A DNA stretch of 64,000 bases, taken from the human T2T-CHM13v2.0 reference genome, Homo sapiens. The stretch lies in NCBI RefSeq assembly GCF_009914755.1, contig NC_060932.1; one strand, 5' to 3'. This document shows, one piece after another, positions 29,483 to 40,718 of this stretch. How positions within the stretch are numbered: the stretch's first letter is position 1; each line of letters begins with the position of its first letter. Position numbers and translations under genes: made by a program. Below the pieces are notes generated by a model. The model searched no databases, was not told where the DNA came from, and saw only the letters and a program-made list of their open reading frames with translations.

Positions 29483-29935
29483 TTTCATGCGCATCCGTGT
29501 GAAGAGACCACCAAACAGGCTTTGTGTGAGCAACATGGCTATTTATTTCACCTGGGTGCAGGAGGGCTGAGTCCGAAAAGAGAGTCAGTGAAGGGAAATA
29601 GGGATGGGGCCATTTTATAGGATTTGGGTAGGTAAAGGAAAATTACGGTCAAAGGGGGTTTGTTCTCTGGCGGGCAGGAGTGGGGGTCGCAAGGTGCTTA
29701 GTGGGGGTGTTTTCTGGGCCAGGATGAGCCAGGAAAAGGACTTTCACAAGGTAATGTCATCACTTAAGGCAAGGACCGGCCATTTACACTTCTTTTGTGG
29801 TGGAATGTCATCAGTTAAGGTGGGACAGGGCATATTCACTTCTTTTGTGATTATTCAGTTACTTCAGGCCATCTGGGCGTTTACGTGCAAGTCACAGGGG
29901 ATGGGATGGCTTGGTTTGGGCTCAGAGGCCTGACA
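29483..29935 (-). mobile_element. 3' LTR7
   Basis: tgtcaggcctctgag...catgaaa on the minus strand; AATAAA at 29542-29547; preceded by a purine-rich PPT-like tract. Confidence 0.97.
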
Positions 29936-30908
29936 TTCCTGACTTCTTATATTAATAAGAAAAATAAAACAAAATAGTGTTGAAGTGTTGGGGCGGCGAA
30001 AATTTTTGGGGGGTGGTATGGAGAGAGAATGGGCCATGTTTCTCAGGCCTGCTTCAAGTGGGATTAGGGGCGGCGTGGGAACCTAGAGTGGGAGACATTA
30101 AGCTGAAGGGAGGTCTTGTGGTAAGGGGTGATATTGTGGGGATGTTAGAAGAAATATTTGTCGTATAGAATGATTGGTGATGGCCTGGATATAGTTTTGT
30201 ATGAATTGAAAAACTAAATGGAATAACAGAAGGAGAAAAACAGGTGTAAAAGGTCTAAGAATTGGGACGACTCAGGATATCTGATTAGAGAGTGCCTAAG
30301 GAGATTCAGCATAGTCCTACCAGCAAAGATTATTTATTTACTTCAAGAGTTAAGAGTGGCAGTTTGGGGATAGCACCAGGAGATATCAGCTGTGATGGCT
30401 TGGAAAAACAGTGTAAACCGGCAGTGTAAACAAGAGCAGGGCATGTATGAGGAGTTAGGAATGGTGAATAGGAGTATGACTAGACAGAAGATAGTAGGGA
30501 TGACAAGTTTTTTGGAGCACAGTCTAAGTTGGTCTGGTGTCTGGAATGAGACTGGGGCCTAATAAAAAGGAGCGTCTATACAGGAGCTTAAATGGGCTGT
30601 ACCCTGTAGCATTCTGAGGACAGGCCTGAATTCTGAGAAGGGGAAGTGGTAAAAGTATTGTCCAGTCCTTTTTAAGTTGGTGGCTGAGCTTGGTGAGGTG
30701 TATTTTAAGACCTTTAGTCCATTCTACTTTTCTTGAAGACGGAGGACCGTAAGGGCTATAAAGGTTTCACTGAAGAGTGAGAGCCTGAAAAACTGCTTGG
30801 CTGATTTGACTAATAAAGGCTCATCTGTTATCACACTGTATTGAGGTGGGAAGGCTAAACTGAGGAATTATGTCTGACAGAAGGGAAGAAATGACTGTGG
30901 TGGCCTTC

Positions 30909-31142
30909 TCAGACCCTGTAGGAAAGGCCTCTACCTATCCAGTGAAAGTATCTACCTAGACTAAGAGGTATTTTAGTTATCTGACTCAGGGCATGTTGAG
31001 TAAAGCTAATTTGCCAGTCCTGGGTGGGGCAAATCCTCAAGCTTGATGTGTAGGGAAGGGAGGGGGCCTGAATAATCCCTGAGGAGTAGTAGAATAGCAG
31101 ATGGAACACTGAGAAGTTATTTCCTTGAGGATAGATTTCCAC
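30909..31142 (-). pseudogene. HERV-H pol integrase remnant
   Basis: PTQDWQISFT resembles the retroviral integrase core start; frameshifted. Confidence 0.7.
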
Positions 31143-31882
31143 GATGGAAAGAAAATGAGAAGTTCTAAGAGGCAGGCTAGTGGCTTGTACTATAGCATAG
31201 CCTGCCTTTGCTGGTGTGTGGCGATTAGGCCTGGTGGAACCGCCATCAATAAATCAAGCGTGATCAGGGTGAGGAACAGGAAAGAAGGAAATTTGGGGAA
31301 ATGGGGTGAATGTCAGGTGGATCAGAAAGATACAGTTATGGGGGTCAGGTGTGGTATCAGGAATAATATGGGAGGCCGGATTGAAGTCTGGCCCGGGAAC
31401 AACGGTAATTGTGGGAGACTCAACAAAGAGTGAGTACAGCTGAAGGAGCCGGGAAGCAGAAAGTATATGGGTCAGCTATGAGGAAGAAAATAGATTTTGG
31501 AAGTTATGAGAACCGTACAGAGTGAGTTGAACATAGTTTCTGATTTTGAGGGCCTCTAAAAGTATTAAAGCAGCGGTAGCCGCTGCACGCAGACATGAGG
31601 GCTAGGCTAAAACAGTAAGGTGAAGTTGTTTGGACAGAAAGGCTACAGGGTGTGGTCCTGGCTCTTGTGTAAGAATTCTGACCGCGCTAACCATGCCTAG
31701 GAAGGAAAGGAGTTGTTGTTTTGTAGAAGGTGCTGGGGTTTGAGAGATCAGTCAGACAGGCTTGGCAGGGAGAGCACGTGTGTTTTTATGAGAATTATGC
31801 CGAGATAGGTAACAGATGAGGAAGAAATTTGGGCTTGATTGAAGGAATGGGGGCTGTCTGTGAAGCTTTGCGGCAGTACAGC

Positions 31883-32314
31883 CTAGGTAATTTGCTGAGC
31901 TTGATGGGTGTCAGGGTCAGTCCAAGTGAATGCGAAGAGAGGCTGGGATGAAGGGTGCAAAGGAATAGTAAAGAAAGCTTGTTTGAGATCTAGAACAGAA
32001 TAATGGGTTGTAGAGGCAGGTATTGAGGATAGAAGAGTATATGGGTTTGGCACCATGGGGTGGATAGGCAAAACAATTTGGTTGATAAGGCGCAGATCCT
32101 GAACTAACTTGTAAGGCTTGTCTGGTTTTAGGACAGGTAAAATGGGGGAATGGTAAGGAGAGTTTATAGGCTTTAAAAGGCCATGCTGTAGCAGGCGAGT
32201 GATAGCAGGCATTAATCCTTTCAAAGCTTGCTGTGGGATGGGATATTGGCGTTGAGCTGGGTAAGGGTGATTAGGTTTTAATGAGATGGTAAGGGGTGTG
32301 TGATTGGTCGCCAA
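31883..32314 (-). pseudogene. HERV-H pol reverse transcriptase N-terminal remnant
   Basis: QRQYPI, PILPVLKP, YKLVQDLRLIN, YSVLDLKQAFF and FAFTW motifs; stop before motif B. Confidence 0.93.
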
Positions 32315-32862
32315 GGAGGGAGTAGAGGTATCTTATACTTGTGGGTTAAGGTGGGGGAATACAAGAGGAGGACGCAAAGGAGGCTTTGGATTGGGAAGAA
32401 GGGCATCAATGAGACGTGGCTATAGTCTAGGAATAGTCAGGGAAGCAGATAATTTGGTTAAAATATCTCAGCCTAATAAGGGAACTGGGCAGGTGGAGAT
32501 AACTAAAAAAGAGTGCATAAAAGAGTGTTGTCTAAGTTGGCACTAGAGTTGGGGAGTTTTAAGAGGTTTAGAAGCCTGGCCGTCAATACCCATAGCAGTT
32601 ATGGAGGCAAGGGAAACAGGCCCTTGAAAAGAAGGTAATGTGGAGTGGGTAGCCTCCGTATTGATTAAGAAGGGGATGGACTTACCCTCCACCATGAGAG
32701 TTACCTAAAGCTCGGCGTCCGTGATGGTCTACGGGGCTTCCGAGGCGATCAGGCAGCGTCAGTCTTCAGCCGGTAAGCCAAGAAGGAGTCAATCAGAGAT
32801 CCTTGGGCCAGAGTTCCAGGGGCTCTGGGAGTGGCTGCCAGGTAAGTTGAACAGTCCGATTT

Positions 32863-33153
32863 TCAGTGGGGTCCCGCACAGATGGGACACGGCTTAGGAG
32901 GAATCCTGGGCTGCAGGCATTCCTTGGCCTGGTGGCCAGATTTCTGGTACTTGTAGCAAGCTTCTAGGGGAGGAGGTTCTGGAGGAATGCCTGGCCGCTG
33001 CAGTTCACGCGTTTGGAAGTTCTTGTGTGCTGGAGATGTGGCTGGGGTTTGTCTCACAGTGGAGGCAAGGAATTGCAACTTTTTTTTATTATTGTACACC
33101 TTGAAGGTGAGGTTAGTTAAGTCCTGTTGTGAGGTTTGAGGGCCAGATTCCAA
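32863..33153 (-). pseudogene. HERV-H gag nucleocapsid remnant
   Basis: CYKYQKSGHQAKEC (CCHC knuckle with second Cys lost), followed by CPICAGPH. Confidence 0.88.
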
Positions 33154-34049
33154 TTTTTGGAGTTTTATTTAATGTCGGGAGCAGATTGGGTAATAAAATG
33201 TATATTGAGAATAAGATGGCCTTTTGACATTTTAGGGTCTAGGGCTGTAAAGCGTCTCAGTATTGCTGCCAAACGAGCCATGAACTGGGCTGGGTTTTTA
33301 TATTTGATGAAAAAGAGCCTAAACGCTATCTGATTTGGGATAAAGAAAAAGGAGCATTAACCTTGACTATGCCTCGGGCTCCAGCCACCTTTTTAAGAGT
33401 AAATTGCTGGGTAGGTGGGGGAGGGCTAGTCACAGAACGAAACTGTAAGCCAGACCAGGTGTGAGGAGGGGAGGCGATAAAAAGATTACAGGGTGGAGGA
33501 GCAGAGGCTGAGGAAGAATTGGGACCTAGCTTGGGCTGGCAAGGAGGGGAGAGGTCAGATGGGTCTGTAGAAAAGGAAGATTAGAAAGACTCAGTGACTC
33601 TTGGGGTTGGGACTCAGAGGACAGGCAGGAGGGAAAGAAGGAAGATTTGGGACGAGTTGCACTGGGCACAGAGACTAGGAAGGGACTGATGTATAAAAGA
33701 ATGCCTGGACGTCAGGCACCTCAGACCATTTGCCCATTTTATGACAAGAATTATTTAGATCTTGTAGGATGGAAAAATTGAAAGTGCCATTTTCCGGCTA
33801 TTTGGAACTACTGTTGAGTTTGTATTGGGGTCAAATGGCATTGCAGAAGAAAATAAGGCATTTAGGTTTTAGGTCAGGTGTGAGTTGAAGAGGTTTTAAG
33901 TTTTTGAGAACACAGGCTAAGGGAGAAGGAGGAATGGAAGGTGGAAGCTTACCCATAGTGAAGGAGGCAAGCCCAAAGAAAAGAGTAGAGACACGGAGAA
34001 GGGGTGGGGGGTTCTTGCCCTCCAGAAAAGCAGAGAAGGGGTTGGGAGA

Positions 34050-34150
34050 CAGAAATAAGGGATTGAGGCACAGAGATAAGAGATCAGGGTGCAGAAATAA
34101 GGGATTGGGGCACAGAGATAAGAGGTTGGGGTGCAGAAATAAGCGATTGG
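34050..34150. repeat. 42-bp tandem repeat (~2.4 copies) in the HERV-H leader
   Basis: Unit cagaaataagggattgrggcacagagataagagrtyrgggtg at 34050, 34092 and partial at 34134. Confidence 0.85.
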
Positions 34151-34609
34151 GGGGTTCTTGCCGCCTAGGAAAGCAGGACTTGCCGCTAAGGGTGAAGGAG
34201 AAGGGGTTGAGGGGTACTTGCCCCTCTCCCAGAAAAGCGGAGAAGGGGTAGAGACAAGGAGAGAAGGGGTTGAGGTACTTGCCCCTTCCCCAGAAAAGCG
34301 AGACTTGCCGCTAAGGGTGAAGGACCAAGGCAGGCGTCCCTGCATGGTCTGACACCCTTGAAACGTGGGTGTATAATCAGAGAGGTGTCCCTGCAAGGAT
34401 TAAACACCAAGGGAAGGCTGCCTTCCCAGTCCGTGACCGGTGCCGGAGTTTTGGGTCCATGGATAAAACGTGTCTCTTTTGTCTCTACCAGAAAATGAAA
34501 GGAATTGAAATTAAGAGAAAGGAGAGATTGAAGTGTAGCGCCAAGATTGAAAGGAGAAAGATGTTGAGGGAATAGTGAGGGAAGTTGGAGAAGAGAGTAA
34601 AAAGAGGCC

Positions 34610-34620
34610 GCTTACCGGAT
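34610..34620 (-). promoter_or_regulatory. HERV-H major splice donor
   Basis: Minus strand ATCCG|GTAAGC about 145 nt downstream of the 5' LTR. Confidence 0.75.
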
Positions 34621-34741
34621 TTGAAATCGGTGAGATGTTTCTTGGGCTGGTCGATCTGAGGACCTGAGGTCGTAGGTGGATCCTTCTCAGGGAGCAAAGA
34701 GCAGGAGGAAGGGGGATTGATCTCCCAAGGGATGTCCTCCG

Positions 34742-34759
34742 ATCCGAGCCACGGCACCA
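34742..34759 (-). other. tRNA-His primer binding site
   Basis: TGGTGCCGTGGCTCGGAT, one mismatch to TGGTGCCGTGACTCGGAT. Confidence 0.93.
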
Positions 34760-34761
34760 AA

Positions 34762-35214
34762 TTTCATACGCGTCCATGTGAAGAGACCACCAAACAGGCT
34801 CTGTATGAGCAACATGGTTGTTTATTTCACCTGGGTGCAGGCGGGCTGAGTCCGAAAAGAGAGTCAGTGAAGGGAAATAGGGGTGGGGCCGTTTTATAGG
34901 ATTTGGGTAGGTAAAGGAAAATTACAGTCAAAGGGGGTTTGTTCTCTGGCGGGCAGGAGTGGGGGTCGCAAGGTGCTTAGTGGGGGTGCTTTTTGAGCCA
35001 GGATGAGCCAGGAAAAGGACTTTCACAAGGTAATGTCATCACTTAAGGCAAGGACCGGCCATTTACACTTCCTTTCTGATGGAATGTAATCAGTTAAGGT
35101 GGGGCAGGGCATATTCACTTCTTTTGTGATTATTCAGTTACTTCAGGCCATCTGGGCGTTTACGTGCAAGTCACAGGGGATGGGATGGCTTGGCTTGGGC
35201 TCAGAGGCCTGACA
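34762..35214 (-). promoter_or_regulatory. 5' LTR7 (LTR7up-like) promoter
   Basis: TATAAAA at 34892-34898, GT box at 34880-34889, KLF-like site at 35097-35105, SOX-like ACAAAAG at 35121-35127. Confidence 0.85.
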
Positions 35215-35519
35215 TCTTCACTTTCTATAAAGATAGCATTCACAAATACATACACATAGGCATAAGTGTGGGAAAATATTCAGCCATCCTAAAAAAATTC
35301 AGTGTGCATATTAAAATATTGCTTAGTGATAGAATCAGAACTAGATTCTAGACCTCCTATTTCCCAGTCTAGCACTTTTTCTCCTGGTTGATATTTTAAA
35401 TTGTTATGAAAAACAAGCAAAAAACTTGAACATTTCCATATAAATCTTGCATAGTAGCTACTTGTGTGTAGAGAAAATAATAGTTATTAACTTTATACAA
35501 TTTCTATATTACAAGTATT

Positions 35520-35735
35520 TATCTAAGTGTTTCACATATTATAGAAGGTTATTTAGTCTTCAGAATGATTTCATAATGTAGGAAGTACTATTACCCTTAT
35601 TTTAAAAATGAAGAAACTGAGGCCGAGAGAAGTTAAGATTCTTGGTTAAAGTCATATGGCTACTAAGAAGTAGTCAAGCCTGAGTTACAAATCCTGGCCA
35701 TTTACCTTCAACACATTGCACTATACTGCCATTTT
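35520..35735 (-). mobile_element. MIR SINE
   Basis: tattacccttattttaaaaatgaagaaactgaggccgagagaagttaag. Confidence 0.8.
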
Positions 35736-35975
35736 AATGCTCTTCTAGCAAGTAAGTTTAAAATTTGGAAATTTGGAGAATAATCCCCAACTAATGATCT
35801 GCTATTAGGCAATACCTTGGCTTGTCTATGGGGTGCAGAAGAATTTCAGTCACAAGGCCTCTAGTCTTTGGATGAGAGGAGGCAGACTGGAGTCCTGGAG
35901 TTCCTGAAGGAATTATCAAATTCCTCATATTTTCTCTTATATTCCATGTAGCCAAGCAGAGTCTTTTTCCAATCT

Positions 35976-36023
35976 TGCATTAAAAGTAATGGCAAAAACT
36001 GCAATTACTTTTGCATGATCTAA
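35976..36023. mobile_element. Half MADE1 (one TIR plus spacer)
   Basis: cattaaaagtaatggcaaaaactgcaattacttttgca..tctaa followed by TA. Confidence 0.85.
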
Positions 36024-36964
36024 TAAACGGAAAGTCATCATGGGTAGAAAGTGGACTCCACACCAGAGTAGCCCCACAGAAGTCTAAGTTTGTAACCTGG
36101 GCCCTGGGTGGGTACAGAACTGGGGACAGAAGATATAGTTAGCTCATTAGGACTTTAGGAAGACAAGTTACTTGTGTTGGTTCACTTGAAATCCAGTATG
36201 GGTTACAATAAAAAAAGATATGGTGAGTTATCTGAGATAGAGAAATATAATTGAGAGAAGTAAGAAAGTTTACAGGTCTACAATGATGGAAATAGGCTGA
36301 TTTCATGAAGGAAGATGGTGATGTTGCTACGGGGTTTGAGTTCAAGAGGGAATATTTCAGGCAGAATGGGTTTTACCAAAATCAAGTCAGTATTGTAAAA
36401 ATTTCAACGGAGGAGGCCTTGGTGTTGGAGCCAGGGGCCTATATGTGAGAGCTGAGTGGAAATGCAGAAGGCTTGGACAAGCTAATTCCTTAGCATTCCT
36501 TCACAAATATATTTGTTATATATGTGTTCAAAGTTTATTTTGGGAGACTCAGCCCCGATCTCATATACCCACTCAGCAACACAAATGCCATATTCTTTAC
36601 CAAATCCATACTCATTATAAGGCAATTTAGGTACTATCTCTTGTGACTTGGTCATGTTATATAGTGAGCTCATATTTCCTTTCACATTCCATGTAGCTTA
36701 CCAAAGTCTTTTTCCAATCTTGCATAGCTTTCTCAAAGGAGACTTAATAATAAACACAATTTTCTTTATTCGGTGTCATTTCCAATGAGATTGAAAGCCC
36801 CCTTGAGAACAGAGCTCCCAGCAAGTGCTCAGCCAGTATTCTGCTAAATGCAGATCTCATAAGAGCAGATTCTAGCTCTGGATGTGCCTAGAAAAATTTA
36901 TGTAACTTGAACAATTTGTTTCCGTACCATGGGCCTATCTACCTTATCCGTAAAGTGAGGCTAC

Positions 36965-37263
36965 TGAAAGAAGCCAGACATAAAAGAACACACACAGATC
37001 ATATGACACCATTTCTATAAAGTATTTAGAAAGACAAATCCATATATACAGTATGTAGATTAGGGGTTTCAAGGGGCTGGAGAGACAAATGAGAAGTGAT
37101 TGTTAATGGGTGCAAGCCTACTTTTTAGGGTGATTAAAAATGTTGTATAGTTAGACAATAGAGATGATTCCACAACTTTGTGAATATACTAAAAGCAATT
37201 AGATTTTGTGTAATTAAAATGGTAAATTTTATGGTATGCAAATAAGATTTCAATTAATAAAAA
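36965..37263 (+). mobile_element. Old L1M 3' end
   Basis: gaaagaagccagacataaaagaacaca...acaactttgtgaatatactaaaa. Confidence 0.8.
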
Positions 37264-38394
37264 ACATATGAAGGCTTTTTCTACTGCTGAAAAGTTTCAC
37301 AAGTAAGGTTTTTTTTTAAATGAATTCAACCTGTAACATAGTAAGAAATCAAACGCATTTTCATTTGCTATTTTTTTCTTCTCTTCGCTCCCAAGCTATA
37401 GACCACAATTATTGATGCTTTATCCAATTGCTCGTTTTCCTAGCAGTGAGAATTTGATAATTATTCACAAATTTGACAGACAGGCAAATTTAGGAAGAGG
37501 GGAAGATATTTTCCTGGATTTGAGCCTTAGGAAATGAAAGATGACTATATTTATCTCAGTGGGCTTCCATCCTGTTTCAGTGAGCAGTTTGAGCTTGAAT
37601 CCAAGTGATTTGGCCATGATACAAATAGCACACATTATATGCAAATTTCCCAAGCATATGAAAACAATCACATTCACAGTTGGAAGAAAGTGAAACAAAA
37701 TCTATATATAACCATGCAATCACTTATTATGCTAAAAATACCTTCTTTTAAGACATGTCTTTTTTTTTTTTATTATTCCCAGTGGTTGAAAATAAATTTG
37801 TACTATGCTCTCTGTGGCACTAATAATCTATTGTAGAATTATGGCATGAAGTTTTAAACAGCTTTTTTTCCCTTCTGAGCAATTGTTTCTTGAAAGCAGA
37901 GAAACAGTGCCTTTCTCCTGTTTCTAGGCCTTGGAGCAAAAGCTATCATTTTAAACACCTGTTTTGATCTTAAAACGTATAAAATTCCAGCATATGTATG
38001 GTGATGCATGACATCTAGCTGTGCAATACTTACTACACTACTGTCTCGACGATACTGCCACTTACGTGATGGAGACTGGGGACCTTTCATTTGCTACTCT
38101 TGATCAGCATCTGTAACTGAGATTGCTGCAGCTCAGGGAGAAAGCATCGCGTTCCCCTTAGAGATGCCTCAATGCTCTCCACCACTAATAAGGTTCAGTA
38201 CTGAAAGAAGAAGGCAGAATGCATACCAGGCTTTTTATCTTTTTAACACTTCCCTTACCCATTTGGCTTTATCTTCCTTCTCTGGTGATGGAAACAATCA
38301 AAACAAGTTTATGGCCTATAAAAATGCTTTCCATGCTGTTCCTTTTTTTTTTTTAAATGCTGGTATAGAGGAGATTTTGGAAATGTATACTGTA

Positions 38395-38721
38395 CCATTG
38401 TCCCTCTGTATCTGTGGGGAATTAGTTCCAGGACCTACCTTAGATATAAACATCTACAGATGTTCAAGTTTCTAATATAATACAGTGTAGTATTTACATA
38501 TAACCAATGTATATCATCCTGTATACTTTATCTCTATTTATGGTACCTAATACAATGTAAATGCTATGAAAATAGTTGTTACACTGTATTTTAGGGAATA
38601 ATGACAAGAAGAACAAATTGACACATGTTCAGTACAGACACAATCTTTTTTCCCAAATATTTTCTATTCCCTGTTGGTTGAATGTGTGGATATGGAACAC
38701 ATGAATGTAAAGAGCCATCTC
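38395..38721 (+). mobile_element. MER2 DNA element
   Basis: Collinear with the MER2 consensus (tacctaatacaatgtaaatgctatg, tagggaataatgacaag); TA flanks. Confidence 0.88.
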
Positions 38722-39730
38722 TATAGGCTTGGAAAAGCATATATTCCTTGCCTTCAGTTGATTTCCTGGGGGCTTGGAGGCCTGTGGGAGTGGGAGCAGT
38801 GGGTACCGGCTGGTGGTAGGATCGGGAGTGGTAGGCTGGGGTAACAATGTGTATGAGCATATTAAAGGCCCTAAGGAGCCTACAGAACACTGGCTTTCCA
38901 CATTTGGAAAACTATCCTGCAGGTTCAAGATCTTAACTGTTATGTTGATATTTAAGGCCTAAGAAAATGCTAAAACTTACGTTTCTTTATCACCTACTCG
39001 CATATAAGAAGCATCTTCAGGCATTGTGTTGTTCTCACATGCAATTGAATATTTTCCTTGAAATTTGGAAAAGTTGTGTCTTCCTGTGACTCTTATGGGT
39101 AATCTTATCTACTCTTCTGACTTCAGGAACATATATAAAACTGTGTGTTTTGCATAATTCAGGTTTGCCATTCCTACTCACGGCTAACAAACAATCCCTA
39201 ATCTCAGTGATTTAATACCACAAAAGTTTCTTTCTCAGGTACAATCCACTGTGGGTTAGGTGGCTCTTCTTTGAAAAATAATTTAGGAATTCAGTTCCTT
39301 CTATAGTTTGGCTCAATCATATTATGGTCTATAAAACAGCTCTACCAACTTGGGGGTCTTTTACTTCCAACTTCATGGATGGGATGAGAGTATAGACTGA
39401 GATACTTGTTGAAGATTTTCAGGACCGCTGCCTAGAAGTAGCTTCCTTCTCTTATCTCCACATTCTATTGGCTATAACTAGATACAAGCTAAGTGCAAGG
39501 GAAGGTGGAAATAAGGTTCTCCTGTGTTCAATTGAAAGAGAAATTGTATTGGTGAGCATCAAGTTAGTCTCTGATTTATCCTGTCTGATCATCATGGATC
39601 AATTTTATTCTTTCTTCTAAACATGAAATATGTCCTCATCCTCCCCATGGAGAACAATTTGATGTCCTTTCAAAACACCAGCTCTCCAGATAATGTTCAG
39701 GCCTCTACACTAGATCCACATGTGTGCCCT

Positions 39731-40140
39731 TGTTACTGAATGCCAGGGGTTCAGTCTAGGTCCTATTGCTTTCCACACAGAAAGACAATTACTGAGACAA
39801 TGTGTATTGCTAGGGAAGTAGGCTTTATTACAGGTGATGTCAACCAAAGAGACTGGAGACAAATCTCAAATCCATGTCTCCCCCCAAGTGAAGTTAATAA
39901 TTTATACAACTGCAAAGGAAAACAGGAGGGGCAAAGAAAAGGAGCTGGTCAACAGGCAGCAGGTGATTGAATAGAGGTCTAGCATCTCATTATAACCACG
40001 TGTGGGAAACTGAGAATTAGGGAAGGGTAAGGAAGAGGAGTTGGTCAACAGGCAGCAGGTGCATCTCATTGTACAAATGTAAGTTTCTCAAGCTTCAGTT
40101 CTATGGGCTTCTGGCTTATTGAAAAGTTGGGCCAATTTTA
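39731..40140 (-). mobile_element. MER31/MER67-like ERV1 LTR
   Basis: tgttactgaatgccaggggttcagtctaggtcc...aggctttatt terminus. Confidence 0.68.
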
Positions 40141-40299
40141 TTTTTATGGTTTGATAGTTCATGAAGATCGGTATCCATCCCCAATTTCCCTCCTTGGTTA
40201 CCACCGTCAAATATACAATAGCAGAATAGGGATGGGATAATTGCAATGTGTACTCTCATTTATGAAGGGAAAAAATACAAGACACATAAATCTATATTT

Positions 40300-40718
40300 A
40301 TAGTGGATGCTGTGGTGCCCTCCCCAGATCTTCCTTTATGACCAAGGCCCTTAGCCTCCTAGCTGCTGATGGCTCACAGTTGAGCCCCACTCCAGGAACT
40401 GCTATCCAAAAATCACTGCCTTGACCAAGAGTATGACCTGCCTTGTGGAAGCTTGCATCCAATGACTAGTGCAGAGTATGAGACATCAACTCTTTGTCTC
40501 AATGGGGACAACTTGAAGGGATCTCCTAGCCTCTGATCTCTGGTGGGATTGGCTGAGTTCTTTGTTGCAATTACTTCACTAGTTCAATGTTTCCCTTTGC
40601 CTAATCTTATTTTTCTTACTCCTTAGAGGTGTTGTTTTCAATGACATTTCCCAAATAACCTGTGGCACACATATCTCAGGGTCTCTGAATCTGTTTCCTG
40701 AGGGACCTGAGCTACAGC
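40300..40718 (+). mobile_element. LTR16-like ERVL LTR
   Basis: gtggatgctgtggtgccctccccagatc start; tctgtttcctgagggacctgagctacagca end. Confidence 0.65.

Larger units (their letters stand above)
29483..35214 (-). mobile_element. HERV-H provirus (LTR7 - HERVH-int - LTR7), common deleted 5.7-kb form
   Basis: Two 453-bp LTRs; perfect TSD TCTTC (29478-29482, 35215-35219); His PBS; gag and pol remnants. Confidence 0.98.

Noticed and set aside
31883-33153. Functional HERV-H Gag/Pol
   Set aside because: Premature stops, mutated zinc knuckle and deleted YxDD
33904-34410. Overlapping ORFs and CRISPR-like repeats in the HERV-H leader
   Set aside because: The repeats are contiguous, lack unique spacers and are a usual HERV-H leader feature; the ORFs follow from the repeats
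39940-40062. 26-bp direct repeat aggag(c/t)tggtcaacaggcagcaggtg
   Set aside because: Inside an LTR, where short duplications are common and probably part of the family consensus
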